Source: Convolutriloba macropyga
Taxonomy: Eukaryota
Direction of reading: 5' to 3'
Assembly (NCBI RefSeq): GCF_964194025.1
Contig: NC_134471.1
Coordinates: 61,318,001 to 61,382,000 of the forward strand
DNA: 64,000 nt
The notes under the pieces were generated by a model. The model saw nothing but the letters and a program-made list of their open reading frames with translations. It was not told the DNA's origin and searched no databases. This document shows, piece by piece, positions 37,901 through 51,060 of the stretch (within the stretch, counting starts at the first letter, position 1; each line of letters begins with the position of its first letter). A program made the position numbers and the translations under genes.

Positions 37901-40114
37901 GAATATATTTTTCTTGTAAATATAGGCTGCCACCAATCTGCCTGTCATCTTTCATGACCAACGGGTAAGTCGTTGCGAGTCGTTGTGCAGTTTGAATATT
38001 ATTAACGAGTCGTGGGTGCCAAAGTCCGAAATGGACTCCGTCCAAATTGACCAGGGTGGGTATATTTTGTCACTAACTGTCCTGGGTTATCATAATTTTA
38101 CCATATCAAGCTCATTTGGGGGCCAAAAATTCGTGTTTTTTTGTTTTCGGCTCTCAAGTCTTCCCGTAGCACCGACTTCCGGTGGCACCCGGAAGTTTAA
38201 TTTAGCACCAATATAAAACCCTTGAAAAGTTACGCTAATCTTCCAAAAATCAAAAGACTGCTACCAATTTTCCACGAGCAATTCAAATTTTACGTCCCGC
38301 AGCACGGGGCGTGCGCTAGTCCCGTGCAGGATGGTTTGGATACAATTCCGACATTAAAATCGAATTCCTCGTCCCCAAATTAGTCTATCCTCCATATTTC
38401 AGGTCAATCCGACTTCAGTTTTTTGAGAAATTGCTAATTCCGTTTCAATGTTAACTGATTTTAGTGAAAACTGCCTATTCTTATTTCAAAATGCTAAAAA
38501 ATTTCTCCCAGAACTTCCTTAACCCTTCGCATGATCATCTGATTCATTTATCTGGACTTAATATCCATTGCAACCCTTAATTACTATAATATTATACTCA
38601 AACAGTCATTTTCTATCCGAAATATTGAAAAATTTCAAATCACACCATTTCCGGTTTTAATAGCTCGGCGTTGGGTGGTCAGATTGGCCCAAAAGATATA
38701 CCAGCCTGAGAAGACCATTGGGTGTACCTGACAGTAAAATTTGGTAGACGTCCGCTGAATATAACCCTACATAGGGAGGCGGTTTAGATCTCCTTGGTGC
38801 TATTTTGAGAAACTGATAAATTGCCTTTTTAATTTACTTTTAATCAACAAAATTCTACTTAAATAAATGAGATCGAAAAACTGTAACCGTCCGAGCACGT
38901 ATTCCTATTATGTATGGACAATCGTTAGGGGAACATCCCCAAAAAATTTCAAAGTCCAAGAATGAATGTAAATTAAAGAGTTGAGGTGTACCAGGTTTTG
39001 GGTGCCGATTATTTTGCAAATTCAAAATTGCACTTTGATTTACTTCAAATTGAAATTGCAATTCTGTTCAAAGTATCTAATTAACTTCAAATGTTCGCTC
39101 TCTAGTATTCTTCTAAAATTAAATCGTTGATTTCAACTTTGGCATGATCCACGATTACAACTTTGCTAATTCAACTAAATATTTTGACAGCTCAATATGT
39201 TTTTTTTTCTTTAATTTGTTTGTATAAGACATATCACTCAACTCCCCTCTCTGGCGCCTTCGAAACAATAATCCTTTAAGAAAGAACGCTGATTTCAAAC
39301 ACCTGATTAACTTGTCTAAGTTGAACTAAATTATCTAACTTACTCGCAGTATCTACTTATAAAAATTCCTTGCGTTCTACACAAATTTATTTCTGAAGAA
39401 ATTTGCTTATAAATGAAAAAGTGAGCTGAGGAAAATCCGAAATCTCACAAATGAAGGCCAATGATATCCCTTATAGGCTGAAATTGAAGAACTGGATCAT
39501 CAATGTCTACTTTTTTTCGGAAAATTATCGCGAATCTTAGGAGTAAATTTGCTTTGCAGGCCAGTAGTGCATTATTTCTTTCTAAATAATGTCGTCAGAA
39601 AAAATCCAGTTTTGCCTTCCTTTACCGCATTTCCAACCTTTTGCGTGATTTTTTAAAAGTTTTTCAGGATAGTTTTATTCTCCTCCTAGACTTCACAGTC
39701 GTAAAGTTAAGAACGGTTGCTATGCAAAACAACATGAAGTGACTGGATTTAATATGCCTAAAAACGACAACAAAAAAATATAATAAATTAATAAAGCCCA
39801 TTTAATATAGCCGTTGTCTTATTATGTTTTTCTTGGTGTTAGTTACAGACCTAAAGATAATTGGTTTTTGTTTTAGCCGTTTAATGTTCTTCATGAAACC
39901 AAAGTAAGAGTATCACAATATCGAAAAATCCTAACAAAGTATTACGTACTTTTGTATTTTGTAATAAAAATTCCATCAAATTATTCTATTTAGTTTTCTC
40001 AGCTTTATTCAGTCTAAACGGTCTTCTGAAAACCAATCTCGTCTACGTCCTGCAATTTCATATTTGTTTTAGACGTGAAGCGGTTGTTTGTCTATTTGAA
40101 CTCTTATTTAGTGT

Positions 40115-40987
40115 GAAATGGCAGAAAATTATTCGCAAACTTTAATTTTTGTCATACTGAAAATCAAAAAAAAGCTATTTGTGATAATTATTTCATGAAA
40201 TGTGAGACCATTTGTTGTTTTGTTTTATCGGAACGAAGAACAATGAGTTTGTATTCTATACAGACAAGATAGTTGACTTGATATTCTCATACTCACAACC
40301 CAGGATGAGGTGGTGGAAATGTGGATCGATGTTAACGGCCAGGGAACGTAGCCTCCCAAACATTAATTACATGGTCTGGACCTTACTTTTTGTCGCCTTA
40401 AATCTAATCATAAGTCTGCTACATCGAATCATAGTGGCGTTATATCGCAGGCCCACATTTTTATATTCACAAGCCCACAGTTTCGGACAGTAGAGAGAAA
40501 TGGCAGAAAATTATTCCCAAACTTTAATTTTTGTCATACTGAAAATCAAAAAAGAAGCTATTTGTGATAACTATTTCATGAAATGTGAGACTATTTGTTG
40601 TTTTGTTTTATCGGAACGAAGAACAATGAGTTTGTATTCTATACAGACAATATAGTTGACTTGATATTCTCATACTCACAACCCAGGATGAGGTGGTGGA
40701 AATGTGGATCGATGTTAACGGCCAGGGAACGTAGCCTCCCAAACATTAATTACATGGTCTGGACCTTACTTTTTGTCGCCTTAAATCTAATCATAAGTCT
40801 GCTACATCGAATCATAGTGGCGTTATATCGCAGGCCCACATTTTTATATTCACAAGCCCACAGTTTCGGACAGTAGAGAGAAATGGCAGAAAATTATTCG
40901 CAAACTTTAATTTTTGTCATACTGAAAATCAAGAAGCTATTTGTGATTATTACTTCATGAAATGTGAGACTATTTGTTGTTTTGTTC
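40115..40987. repeat. Tandem duplication, ~383-bp unit, ~2.3 copies
   Basis: GAAATGGCAGAAAATTATTC starts at 40115, 40497 and 40880; copies nearly identical. Confidence 0.93.
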
Positions 40988-43058
40988 TTAATTTGATTTT
41001 AAAATTCGCATTTTTAAGAAGCGGTACTTTTAATCAAATAACTTAAGTATTTCGATTAACAAAGGTCAGCATTTCGATTCATATAAAAAATTGTGATCAT
41101 ATCGCCTTAAGTCCATGCAATAAGCTCTTCTTCTTATATTTAATTAACTTGCACCCACCCTGTCCTCTACTCAAGTATTTGATTCCAACACTTCATCTAA
41201 CATTCACCAGCTCAAAAGGTTAACAGTGGCCCAGAGCCGAAATTGGGAGCTTCAAGTGATGTGATAGCCATTCCAAAAAGTAAAAGAAGTTTTTTTTTGA
41301 TGAATCTCATTGTCTTACCACCTTACTTGAAAGAGGAAATAGTATCCAAAAATCCTTTTTCAATAAAAATTCTTTAACCATATGAGACGCTGCACATCAT
41401 GATGATATGTCGTGGCTTCTTATATTATCATTACTTTTCTTGCGCTGCAGCTCCGGTGTAGTTACAATGAAAGTTGAATATTGCATTTATGATTTTTATT
41501 ATCATCACTCAGATATCACAAATACGCTTCCTGTAAAGCACTAAAATATGAAACATACCATTAGGCTTGAATCCAAAGTCATAGTGACATCTTCTGAAAC
41601 TTCACTGATCAAATAGTGAAAACCTTGAGCAAAACCTGGACGATTGTATTTCTGAGACATTGGTCAGAGAAAATGAAAGATAGATTACTGATTATTATAT
41701 CATGTATTATATATACTGGTGACAATAGTTAATTTACAAGGGTACTTATTTATACAAATAGATACTAATTAATAATATGTCGAAAATATCTCCAGTTTTT
41801 CTTTGTACCGGAGTTGATTGAAAAGATCTTGTAACTCAAACCACACTAATATGATACATTCAAGTGCAAACATACTCTCCTTTTGAAGCATAGCTTCAGA
41901 ATTTTGTCCATCGCAAATATGAATAATTTACTTTCAATGTTAATTTTGGTCACAAATTTGGAAATAACTCTCTTGGAATATGTGCAGATTTGAAATCAAA
42001 AGTTAGTTAGGTGTTTTACAACATTTTAATTCAACATAACTACACACTCTTTGAGATTATCATATAATCTGGGTAATATCAGATAAGAAATAATTTCGAT
42101 GAAAGAGGGATATAAAGAGGCGCGTTTGCTATTTAATAGATAAATTTAGAATTCCTGCACCTTTTTTGTAAGCAGTGCGATTGGATCATTTTTAAAGAAT
42201 TTGGTTCTGTCCACTAATTTAAAGAAGCTATCGATAGCTTGAGCAATTTAGATCAACTCAGCAATAATCAGAAAATATATTTTGTTTTTTTTTAATTTTT
42301 GAACAGTGATACATGTGTTCAGTGTTACGAGATTTCGCCGATTGCTGATTGTATGATATGACGTAATGTGATTGATTCCTCCTTGAATTTCAGAGTCCTA
42401 TGATGCTTGATATATTCTGCATAATCATTAATAAGAATCGGTCTGACCTCTTATAGCCTCCTCCCCCAGCTTACAGATCAGATAATGTATACCCTCCCTT
42501 CTCCACTTACCATAAATATGCGATAGTGTAGGGCTTTACATTCGTGGGGTACTATAATGGGAAACACCAAAAGATTAATCCAGTCAATCCTAAGTAGTGG
42601 TAAGTTTTTTTCCTCTTGTTGTTACAAGAATGATAGAAGAGCGGACAATGCGAGCACAACCAAGTATTTCTCTCCGCCAAACCTCAGTGACAAATCTGAA
42701 ACGGCAAAAATTTTGACACCAATTGCGTGTTTTTTTTTAAAAAAGAGTTAACTTATATCTTCTCCGAGTTTTGGAGTAAAAAGAGTAATGTAAATTTAGA
42801 GCCGAAACGCCTCAAAATAAGCTTTCTAAACCTACTTTATAATCTCGTCATGTCTCGTCAAAAAATGTCTTATCAAGATTAAAAGTTGAAGCTCTATTTG
42901 GTTAAAATTTTGAAAAACGTTAAAAACTATTAACTCCGCGAAAACAACGAAGGAAAATTAGACTGACTGTGGTGAAATAATTGCCAAAGGCTGGGCGATA
43001 AAAAAATTCTTACATATTTTTCAACTAAGGTAAAATCCCAGTAGGAAGGGCTATAAAG

Positions 43059-43228
43059 AAAAAAGCCACCGTATGAACCCAACCTTCTTTTCTACCACTA
43101 ATACCGGTGTTGAGAAATAGCGACAAAGCAAAGAAAAAGCGACAAAAACCGACGATTTTTTATGTTTGAACCCGACGAAGTAGGGAAAAGTAGGGAAAAA
43201 TAGGGTGGGTTCATACGTTGATTTTTTT
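43059..43228. mobile_element. Small MITE-like element (~170 bp)
   Basis: Imperfect ~35-bp inverted repeats with core CGTATGAACCCA / TGGGTTCATACG. Confidence 0.55.
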
Positions 43229-43259
43229 GAAACGAAGAAGTTTGAAACGGATTTCTTAC

Positions 43260-43488
43260 CAGTTTCCGAGATCGATCGATTTCGGGCACCCACACATCCA
43301 AAATCAAAGGAGGCTTCGGCCCATTTGACTGTCTCGTAGTAGACGTCCAGTTGGAATGAGTACCCTGATGCCAGTGCAGTCATACCAGTCATCACGTGTT
43401 CACACTCCCAATCGCTGTTTCCATTTTGGGTGCAGATGTCACTGAAGTTGAGTCGATCCACGTTGGTCAGTGAGTCACATGCACCCCA
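43260..43488 (-). CDS. Probable internal exon of a host gene, extracellular fibronectin type III-like segment
   Basis: Minus strand TTGTTCACATGCAG acceptor and GTAAG donor; 229 bp open frame, higher GC than flanks; WGACDSL..CEHVMTGMTALASGYSFQLDVYYET resembles the FN3 E-F strand pattern. Confidence 0.55.
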
Positions 43489-43593
43489 CTGCATGTGAAC
43501 AACAAATAAACACCTATCCTTCTGTACCTGTGTCTTTTATGACCTAAATTGTCCTTAAGTACTTAAATACGCATAAGAGTAGCTATATAGCAA

Positions 43594-44689
43594 CCTTACA
43601 GGCGTCTACCGGTATCAAAAATCCAGGTGCGGACAAAACAGTCCAAGACAAAACAATCCCAAATTGTTAAATATTCCTAGACAAAATAGTCCAATAAAAG
43701 CAGACAAAATAGTCCCAGACAAAATGATCCCGAATAAATATTGAAACAATTGTGAATATGAAGTAAAAACAATTAAAAAGCATAATCTATGAGTTGAGCT
43801 TCAGAATGCACTGTTTTTAATTGACATGAATCAAAAATAATCCAAAAACGTGGTTCAAAATACATAATTAGGCGAAGAAAGCTATGTTGTAATCAGCTTT
43901 ATATTTTTTTCAGTTAATAATTACAGTTATATGAATTACTGTAAGTTCCCATTTGTTAATTGTTGTGAGCATGTTTAACTCTAGGTTTACCTGGGACTGT
44001 TTCGTCTGGGATCATTTTGTCTGCTTTCTTGAGACTACTTTGTCTGGGACTGTTTTGTCAGGGCATATTTTGCTATTCAGGACTGTTCTCTCCGGGACTG
44101 TTCTGCCCGGTACTGTTTTTTCTGGGAATGTTTTGTCAGGGATTGTTTTGTTTGTTGATCTCAAAAAACATAGAGTTACAAAAATGGCTTTTGACGTCCT
44201 CTCGTCTTTTGACGCCCAATGTGGGAAGCGCGTAAATGTCGTGTAAGCAGTTTGCATACCGCAATTCACTAGCCTAAAATGGAAAATATCTCCAAAATAT
44301 GTGACTAGCATTTACTTTTGATTGTAGGGGTATTTCACAAAAAATAAATCCTTTTTGAAGTGAAGCGATACCGAAGTGAAGCGAAGTGTTCCGGCAGATA
44401 AGACTCAGATAAATTTTCAGCATTGATTACTAAAATGAGGTATTAAGTTGCAATTAAGTAAAATTTATTTATCTAATTTTTTCGAATGTGCTTCTGCGAG
44501 AAAACTTTTTCGACGAAGAGTATATTTGACTTTTCAACTACCGGTGACTGAAATTATCACACAGGGCACTGGTTTTTCATGTTCAAAGTTGGTAAGTACG
44601 TTAAATTATGTTACGTTACGCAGAGTGACTTCTGATTACAAAAGTGAGTAAATTTACTCAAATTTTGGTACCGGTAGACACGTGTAAGG
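43594..44689. mobile_element. Non-autonomous DNA transposon with TIRs, containing an inverted array of ~15-bp repeats
   Basis: CCTTACAGGCGTCTACCGGTATCAAAA versus reverse complement of the right end CCTTACACGTGTCTACCGGTACCAAAA; internal GACAAAACAGTCCCA-like units at 43632-43731 and inverted units at 43991-44150. Confidence 0.8.
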
Positions 44690-45499
44690 AAATGACAACG
44701 TGAATATTAGTATGTCAGCTGTTGTAAGTTCATTCAGTTGTAAAACCGCTTTGAAAAAAGTGCCTTACCCAGTATGGGGCAAGGTGTTGTTGCTATCGAG
44801 GTGGCGGGTCAACGAATGAAAGAGTATTTCATCATAAGTGAAACAACAATTGAAAACAAACACAAAGAAAAATAAAAGGTTACTTCTGTTTATTTCGACT
44901 GGTATTAAATTATAAAAAAAGAGGCGGAGGAAAAGAAAACTCATATGATGTTCTTCAGATGAGATGTTCTAATAAAACATAAGACATCGAGAGATTTGCG
45001 GAAGTTTGAGAAGAATCATTGGATTGATCAAACAACAAGGGAGTGGATTTCTCAGTTTTAAGCTTGCAAAAAGTCTCTTTTTAGTTTTTCATCAGTGTTT
45101 TTTAGTTTTTATAAAAGATGTCTTGCACGAGGCGTACTTCATTCTTGCCCATTAGACTGGTGGCAGTAATTTTAGACATCTTTCTGAACGTAAAAAAATT
45201 ACATATAAAAAAAGAGTATAAAAAAATGTATAAAAAAGAGCGGGCGTTGTTGTTTTCAGTTATTTGCATTGCTTCAATTGGAAAGTATTTGTAGTTTCTT
45301 TACTAAATAAATAGGTTTGAAATTGTGTCCAGATTTTCGTTTATAGTATTAATGGAGAAGCACTTCTTCATACATCGCAAAGTTATTGAAGGCATCAACA
45401 AGGAAAAAGATGACGGGATTTGAATTATCTGTTAACTAAAGTGATTAATCTTACCTTTTGTTGAAACAAAATCTCAGATATTCAATAAAAATTTACTTA

Positions 45500-47100
45500 C
45501 AAAATTAGGCAGCAGTTTTCTTGATATTGTTGGTTAGGGATTTGCCACCACTTCCTAGCGTTTAAAGCATGAAAAGATGTGGTGTGAAAAAGCCTTTGCT
45601 CTGTCTGAGCAATTTTATTGAAACATGTGTGTTGGTTGTAAAATTTTTGTTTTCTTTTTGTGATAAGCAACAAGGATTTCTGACAGGTGTTTAACTGTTC
45701 GCTGAACCATAATGCTCTTTTTTGAAATCAAATTCCTTTAAGTGGGCTATTGATCGGACTGATGACTTTATGGTGTGGTACTCGAGACTTTAAAACTTTA
45801 TATTGAGGTGTGTTATTACAATTTTCTTGGTCCGTTAAATATACACAAAAAATAAGGGAAAGTGCGACTTAACCTATATCATCTTACTGTTTATAAAATA
45901 CTATGTTGTTGTTTAGGTGGAAGCGAAAACCAATGCTTGTATATTGCTTAGGATAATTACGTGAACAAATACAACAGTTTTTCTTGGTATTGAAACTGAT
46001 TGAGCAAGATTAGCTAATCTCCTGCAAGATGATTGTGATTTTTGTGTTACAGTTTTGGAACAAGTGGTTGAAGGCAGGCCCAGGGTGCTTCCCACGGCGC
46101 TTCGAATTGTTGGCTTGGGTGTTTTGGACCGTTCAGACTTGACAGAACGGAATAGAACCGCATTATCATAGTTTCGTATATATTTGTTTGGTGTGGGCCA
46201 ATAGATAGTGCGCTTTGTAATCAACGGCATCTACAGAGTTAGCAATCAAACTTTTCTGCAATTACAAAGGTATCCCTCAGAAAATTCTGTCAGACTTTGT
46301 TTAAAAAAATCTAAGAGCAGCAGAAGTCTCAATAACAGAAAATCGTCTATTATAGCATTTTGTCGTGAAAGAAGCCGAGAACATAATTAAATCGGGGTTC
46401 AATCCACCACCGCCAACTCAATTTTTCGATGCATGGGAAATATAGTTGGCATGGCCAAATCTTTGAAATTCTGGATTGAAGTGAACGAAAAACTTGCAGA
46501 CGAAGAATACATACGCTGATTTGTGAGGGAACTATGTTGAATACGCCTCCGCTGATAGCCCTATCCAATAAAATATTTGGTGTTGAGCCACTGACCCGAG
46601 TCATCTTCCTCTTCGCAAATGCAAGAACGGCTTGTTGAGTTCTCCACCGGCATTAGCAGGGCATTTGTGGGAACGAAACAATTAACTGTTGGAGGAAATC
46701 TGGGAAAAGCTATCGAAGGAAAATCTTCCTACCTTCACGGAAAGAAGCCAATGGCATCAATCGTTTGACACAATATAATTAGGTGACGTCATGTGGAATT
46801 TGGAGGTAAACACGGTTAAGGATGAATGGCACTGAGGAGAGTTGATAAGGTAACCATAAAGTTACCCATTCAGACGATAGGTTCTAGGTAGAGAACAATT
46901 AAGTTGTTTTGAAGGGTTACATCAACAGGGAGAAAAATTTACTATCTGCAAACAAACTTTGTTCAGTACAAGCGGCTGTAGAATGAAAATCTGCAACAAC
47001 AAAGTTTAAAGATTTGCAGTTTTGATCAACCAAAATAGATGATGGTACAACAGATGAAAAGACAAAATCTAATATGGTTTTGACCATTTAGAATTGAGGG
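45500..47100 (-). mobile_element. Highly degenerate non-LTR (CR1/L2-like) retrotransposon remnant
   Basis: Minus-strand fragments in the expected order: TILDFVFS (endonuclease end, ~47070), SAV--GSTLG (SGVPQGSxLGP-like, ~46090), *DDI (YADD-like, ~45880). Boundaries approximate. Confidence 0.4.
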
Positions 47101-48309
47101 CGGAGAATGTCCGGATATGGAATAATTGACACGTTACGTTGTCAATGAACAACGACTGGAAATGGAGTCTTAACTTGTGTTCATAATTGGTCAGTTTTGG
47201 CAGCATAGTGTAGACCTCTGTAAATAGCATCAGGGTAGCAAACATATAGCAATTGAAAGTATCACTCCTAACACCCGGGAACTATAAATAATATTCGAAT
47301 CCCCCAATCAGCGTACCATTGTCTTCTACGTTGGGTATAGGTTTAGAACTCCTCCTCAGCGTATCAAACATTGATTTTATACTGGGATACACACCAGGCC
47401 AAATCCTTGATATTCCGGATTGAATTGAACCAAAAAAAACTCGAGCACAAAGAATACATGACGCTGATTTATGAGAGAACTATGTTGAATACGGGAACTA
47501 TGTCTGTTTATTTTTAGGTCACTCTAGTGTTTCGTTATAGAATTTACACAACCAAAAATGACTGAATAAATTAAAAAGCTGTTATGTAATAATGATTTTC
47601 CTTCGTTGTAAAACAGGATTCTAAAAATCTGAATTTTTATTGTGGGTTTTTTCGGTAAATTTTTTTATCCTCCAGCTCATCTTTGAGCCAAAAGTGAGCT
47701 GAATATCCGACTATTTGAGTTGGTCGCGATGTTCGAATCAGATTGTTTCAAACAGACAGCTATAGTCCTGTTTAGCAGAAACTTAAAAGTTTGGTAAACA
47801 CATCCAAGGTCATTTCAGAGCGCATTTTATAGATCCTACATAAATATACGCTGAAATTCGCGGGAATGTGCTGAAAATTTCTTGACCCCGATATTAACGA
47901 TTTGATTTTCGCCTATGATAAAATTGTGAATCCTAGACGTACATTTAGTTTAAAGAAGACCCTATCATCGCCAGCATCTTCTCCTATTTCGACGAACAAA
48001 GTGCAGGTCTGCCCATTGCACGTCATGTTTGCTCCAGTGAACAGAGTTTCAGAGGCTGAAACACAAAATAATTACCAAAAACAATACCGAACTTGCAGAG
48101 GTCATCATTGTACCAGAGATTTCCCTATGACGAAGTCTTGGTATAGAGAGGTCAAAACTTGGTTATAGGAACCAAGACTTGAGACCTCTCTGCCCCCGAA
48201 TCTTACATATTTTGGGGGGTAAAATCTAAAAATTCCCCCCATTACCACATTACCCCCACTAATCTCACATCGTTTTACCACCCCCCCCCTCCAACTCCCC
48301 CCCCCCCCA

Positions 48310-49913
48310 TGTAGGAATGGAAAGTTAAACTTAAGCGTTTTTCGGAAAAGAACCAAATTAATACTGACCTTGAATTATTCCCAACACAAAAGCGAATTCT
48401 AAATTTGAAACTGTACAAAGATAATAATGGTGAAGAAATTTAAACTGATGAGAACGTTTGAATAAGTAAATATGGGCTCTGATAAAGATTATGTCACAGA
48501 TTGAACATCAAAATTCTCACCCACGTAACATTGAATTAGAAACCCAAATTAAGGGCCTAGGTTATCAAGTCATGATTGACCTTCTGAAAACATTTCCCGA
48601 AAAGGCATTTTTCACACAACGATTCGGAACATTTGGTAAAAATAGGACTAAACTATCGTAACCAAACATAGATAAGCAGTATATATACGGCTCAATTTTA
48701 GCAAATTTTTGTAACCAAAATCAGTCTGAAAATAATTATATTGTCGTGATAATCCGAATAGCGGAGTAAATTTTCTTAGACGAGTGAGTTAACAGATCTC
48801 TGTCGTAGTACTGAAAATTATAATAATTGTTGAACTAGTATACTGTGGTAACTATACTTTTCGTTAAATTAACTAAGCAAATTTTTAACTACTTTCATTT
48901 TTTAGACATTTTCTTATAACTTAGTAGAGCATAAACTGTATCTAGTAGGTATTTGCTAACGGTTCGATACTTGGCACCCGTAGGCATTTGTAACTAGTTG
49001 TTCTGTAGTAACCATAGCCTGTAATAATTAGGACTGGGTAAGACTTAATCGTTTCTTTCGGTTTTCTGTTAATCAACAGCGTAATTGTACAACTTTAGTA
49101 ACTTCACAATACATCTCTAAGGATCTGAAATCATACTCAATCTAGCTTCAAATTATTGGATTTAAATTAGTTTGGTGACTAGTAAAGTAGTGATCAACCA
49201 ATCAATAATTAGGTTAAGTTAGGTTAACGAACTGGAGGACAGCATCGAATCCCGGACAACATCAAGACGATTGATTTCTGAGAGTATTAATCGGCCAAGC
49301 TCCTTCTAGGAGACCGCATAGTGAAGCCACTCTGAGGGTAGGCCTGCCTGCTCGTAGAAGACTTGGCAAGTTAAGTTAACCCATGTAGTATGGAATGGTG
49401 AACCAAGTAGACAACTAAAAAGGTCTGAAGTAACCTGAAGTACCTGATGGGCAATATCTTAACGTTCTATCAAGTTGGTTAATACTCGTCTGGTTGGGTT
49501 GTGGAGTGAACACCGACGAGCTCTTTACGTCATCTACTATTTGTTTTAAGTATATTGGTTGATCGATTAATTAGAAAGTGAATTGAGGACCTGGTATAAT
49601 TCTCAATCTTAGAGTCACCAATTTATTTCATTTGGTAAAACACTTCTTAGAAGCTAAAATGTCTTATAACATAGAGAAGCATTACAAACATATGCCAATA
49701 CCATCATTATTATTGGCAATTGACTTAAGCCCCTGAAAATACTTTCTTTAGGACTTGAACGGAGGGCCTGGTATAACCCTTTAGTCCAGTTAAGAGTAGT
49801 AGGTTTGTGAAGTTTCTATCCAGTCCAGTAGTTTTCTCTAAAGATAGATTCTAGGAACAATTGTGGAATTGTGAATAGGGTAAAACTTCCACCCTAAATA
49901 TTCAGATTCTATA
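48310..49913 (+). repeat. 5' LTR of Element 2 (1604 bp, TG...TA)
   Basis: About 98% identical to 57513-59118 (~32 differences by manual count). Confidence 0.97.
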
Positions 49914-49914
49914 T

Positions 49915-49934
49915 TGGCGACCACAGAGGGATTC
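49915..49934 (+). promoter_or_regulatory. Primer binding site, tRNA-Arg-like
   Basis: TGGCGACCACAGAGGGATTC, 1 nt after the LTR; near-complement of the tRNA-Arg(TCG) 3' end ..CCCTTCGTGGTCGCCA as recalled. Confidence 0.8.
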
Positions 49935-50105
49935 TTCTGATTGGAAGGCGGTTTTGCATTTTTTTTAAAAAAAAACAAAAATTTAGAGTTTTAGAGAACC
50001 GATGAATTAGATCTTTGGAATACGTCCCAAAGGTAAAACTCATCTATATATATTTTTTCTTCGTGTCATTTGGTTTTACATCGAAAAATACTTCAATTAC
50101 CAAAA

Positions 50106-51060
50106 ATGAACAACGCACCAAACAACCAGCAACAGCAACAACAGAACCAAGCGAACAATCAGCAGCAAATAGTCGTAGCACCACCCCTTCTCACCCCCTT
50201 CGATACCCTAGCCGCGACTTCGAGAGTTTCGAAAGATGGGTTCGACACTTCGAATCCATGTCAAACGCCAATAATTGGGATGACCAGAGAACGCGAGGTT
50301 CTACCCACGTGTTTGAACAGCTATCCGTTAGACGAGTATTACAATCTCCCCAATCATTACTTTCAACAAGTGCAAGGACAACCAGCCCCGACCATAGCGA
50401 GAGTTCTGAATGCTCTCAACTACAGAATCGGCGACTTTCCGAACGCAAGGAGTGTCCGCACCGAATTCAAAAATCTTCAGCAACTGGAATCAGAGTCAAT
50501 CCAAGAGTTCTCAAGGCGAGTTCATAAGTTAGGAGAGGCAGCCAATGCTCATCTTGATGCTGCGGGACGACAGGAAGCTATCAAAGATGCCTTTATAGAC
50601 GGACTGTTGGACAGCGAAATCAGATATACACTCCTGAAGGAAGAACGGGTAAGCTTCAATGCAGCTACACAACGGGCCATTGCTCTAGATGCCATCAGTA
50701 AAGCGGAATCCAGTCGACTGCGGGGACGAAGAAACGGACATGTGAGATGGACAAAGGGTGACCAAGATCCTGACGATTCAGTGACAGCTGACTTTAGAGC
50801 ACTTAACACCAGTCTGTCATCGGGTTTCAATCAAATGATCGAGTTTCAGACCAGAAGCTTCAATAAGATGCTAGAGCAGCAAGAGCGACATACACAGATC
50901 ATGGAGAAGATTCTTGAGACTCAAACAAGATTTCTATCCGAATCAAGTTAACCCAGATTTCAGAGTAGAGGCCCGGGAAGACCGGAAGGCTTTCGACCCA
51001 GAACTTCTGCGATGCAGTGCTTTAATTGCCGCACTTGTCAAATCAGTGTCCACAGAAAGG
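50106..51060 (+). pseudogene. gag: Element 2 gag (frameshifted)
   Basis: FERWVRHFESMSNANNWDD, LQQLESESIQEFSRRVHKL, DAFIDGLLDSEIRYTLL; remnant zinc knuckle QCFNC..NQCP at ~51015-51052. Confidence 0.88.

Noticed and set aside
36656-39253. Possible 2.6-kb DNA transposon bounded by CAGTGAGGGGA / TCCCCTCTCTG
   Set aside because: Only an 11-bp imperfect inverted match, no TSD and no transposase; the interior looks repeat-like but boundaries cannot be supported.
40212-40876. Duplicated 93-aa ORFs
   Set aside because: TTG start, no recognisable motif, explained by the 383-bp duplication.
43953-44311. ORFs with GTVLS / KTVPD pentapeptide repeats
   Set aside because: Translation of 15-bp subterminal DNA repeats.
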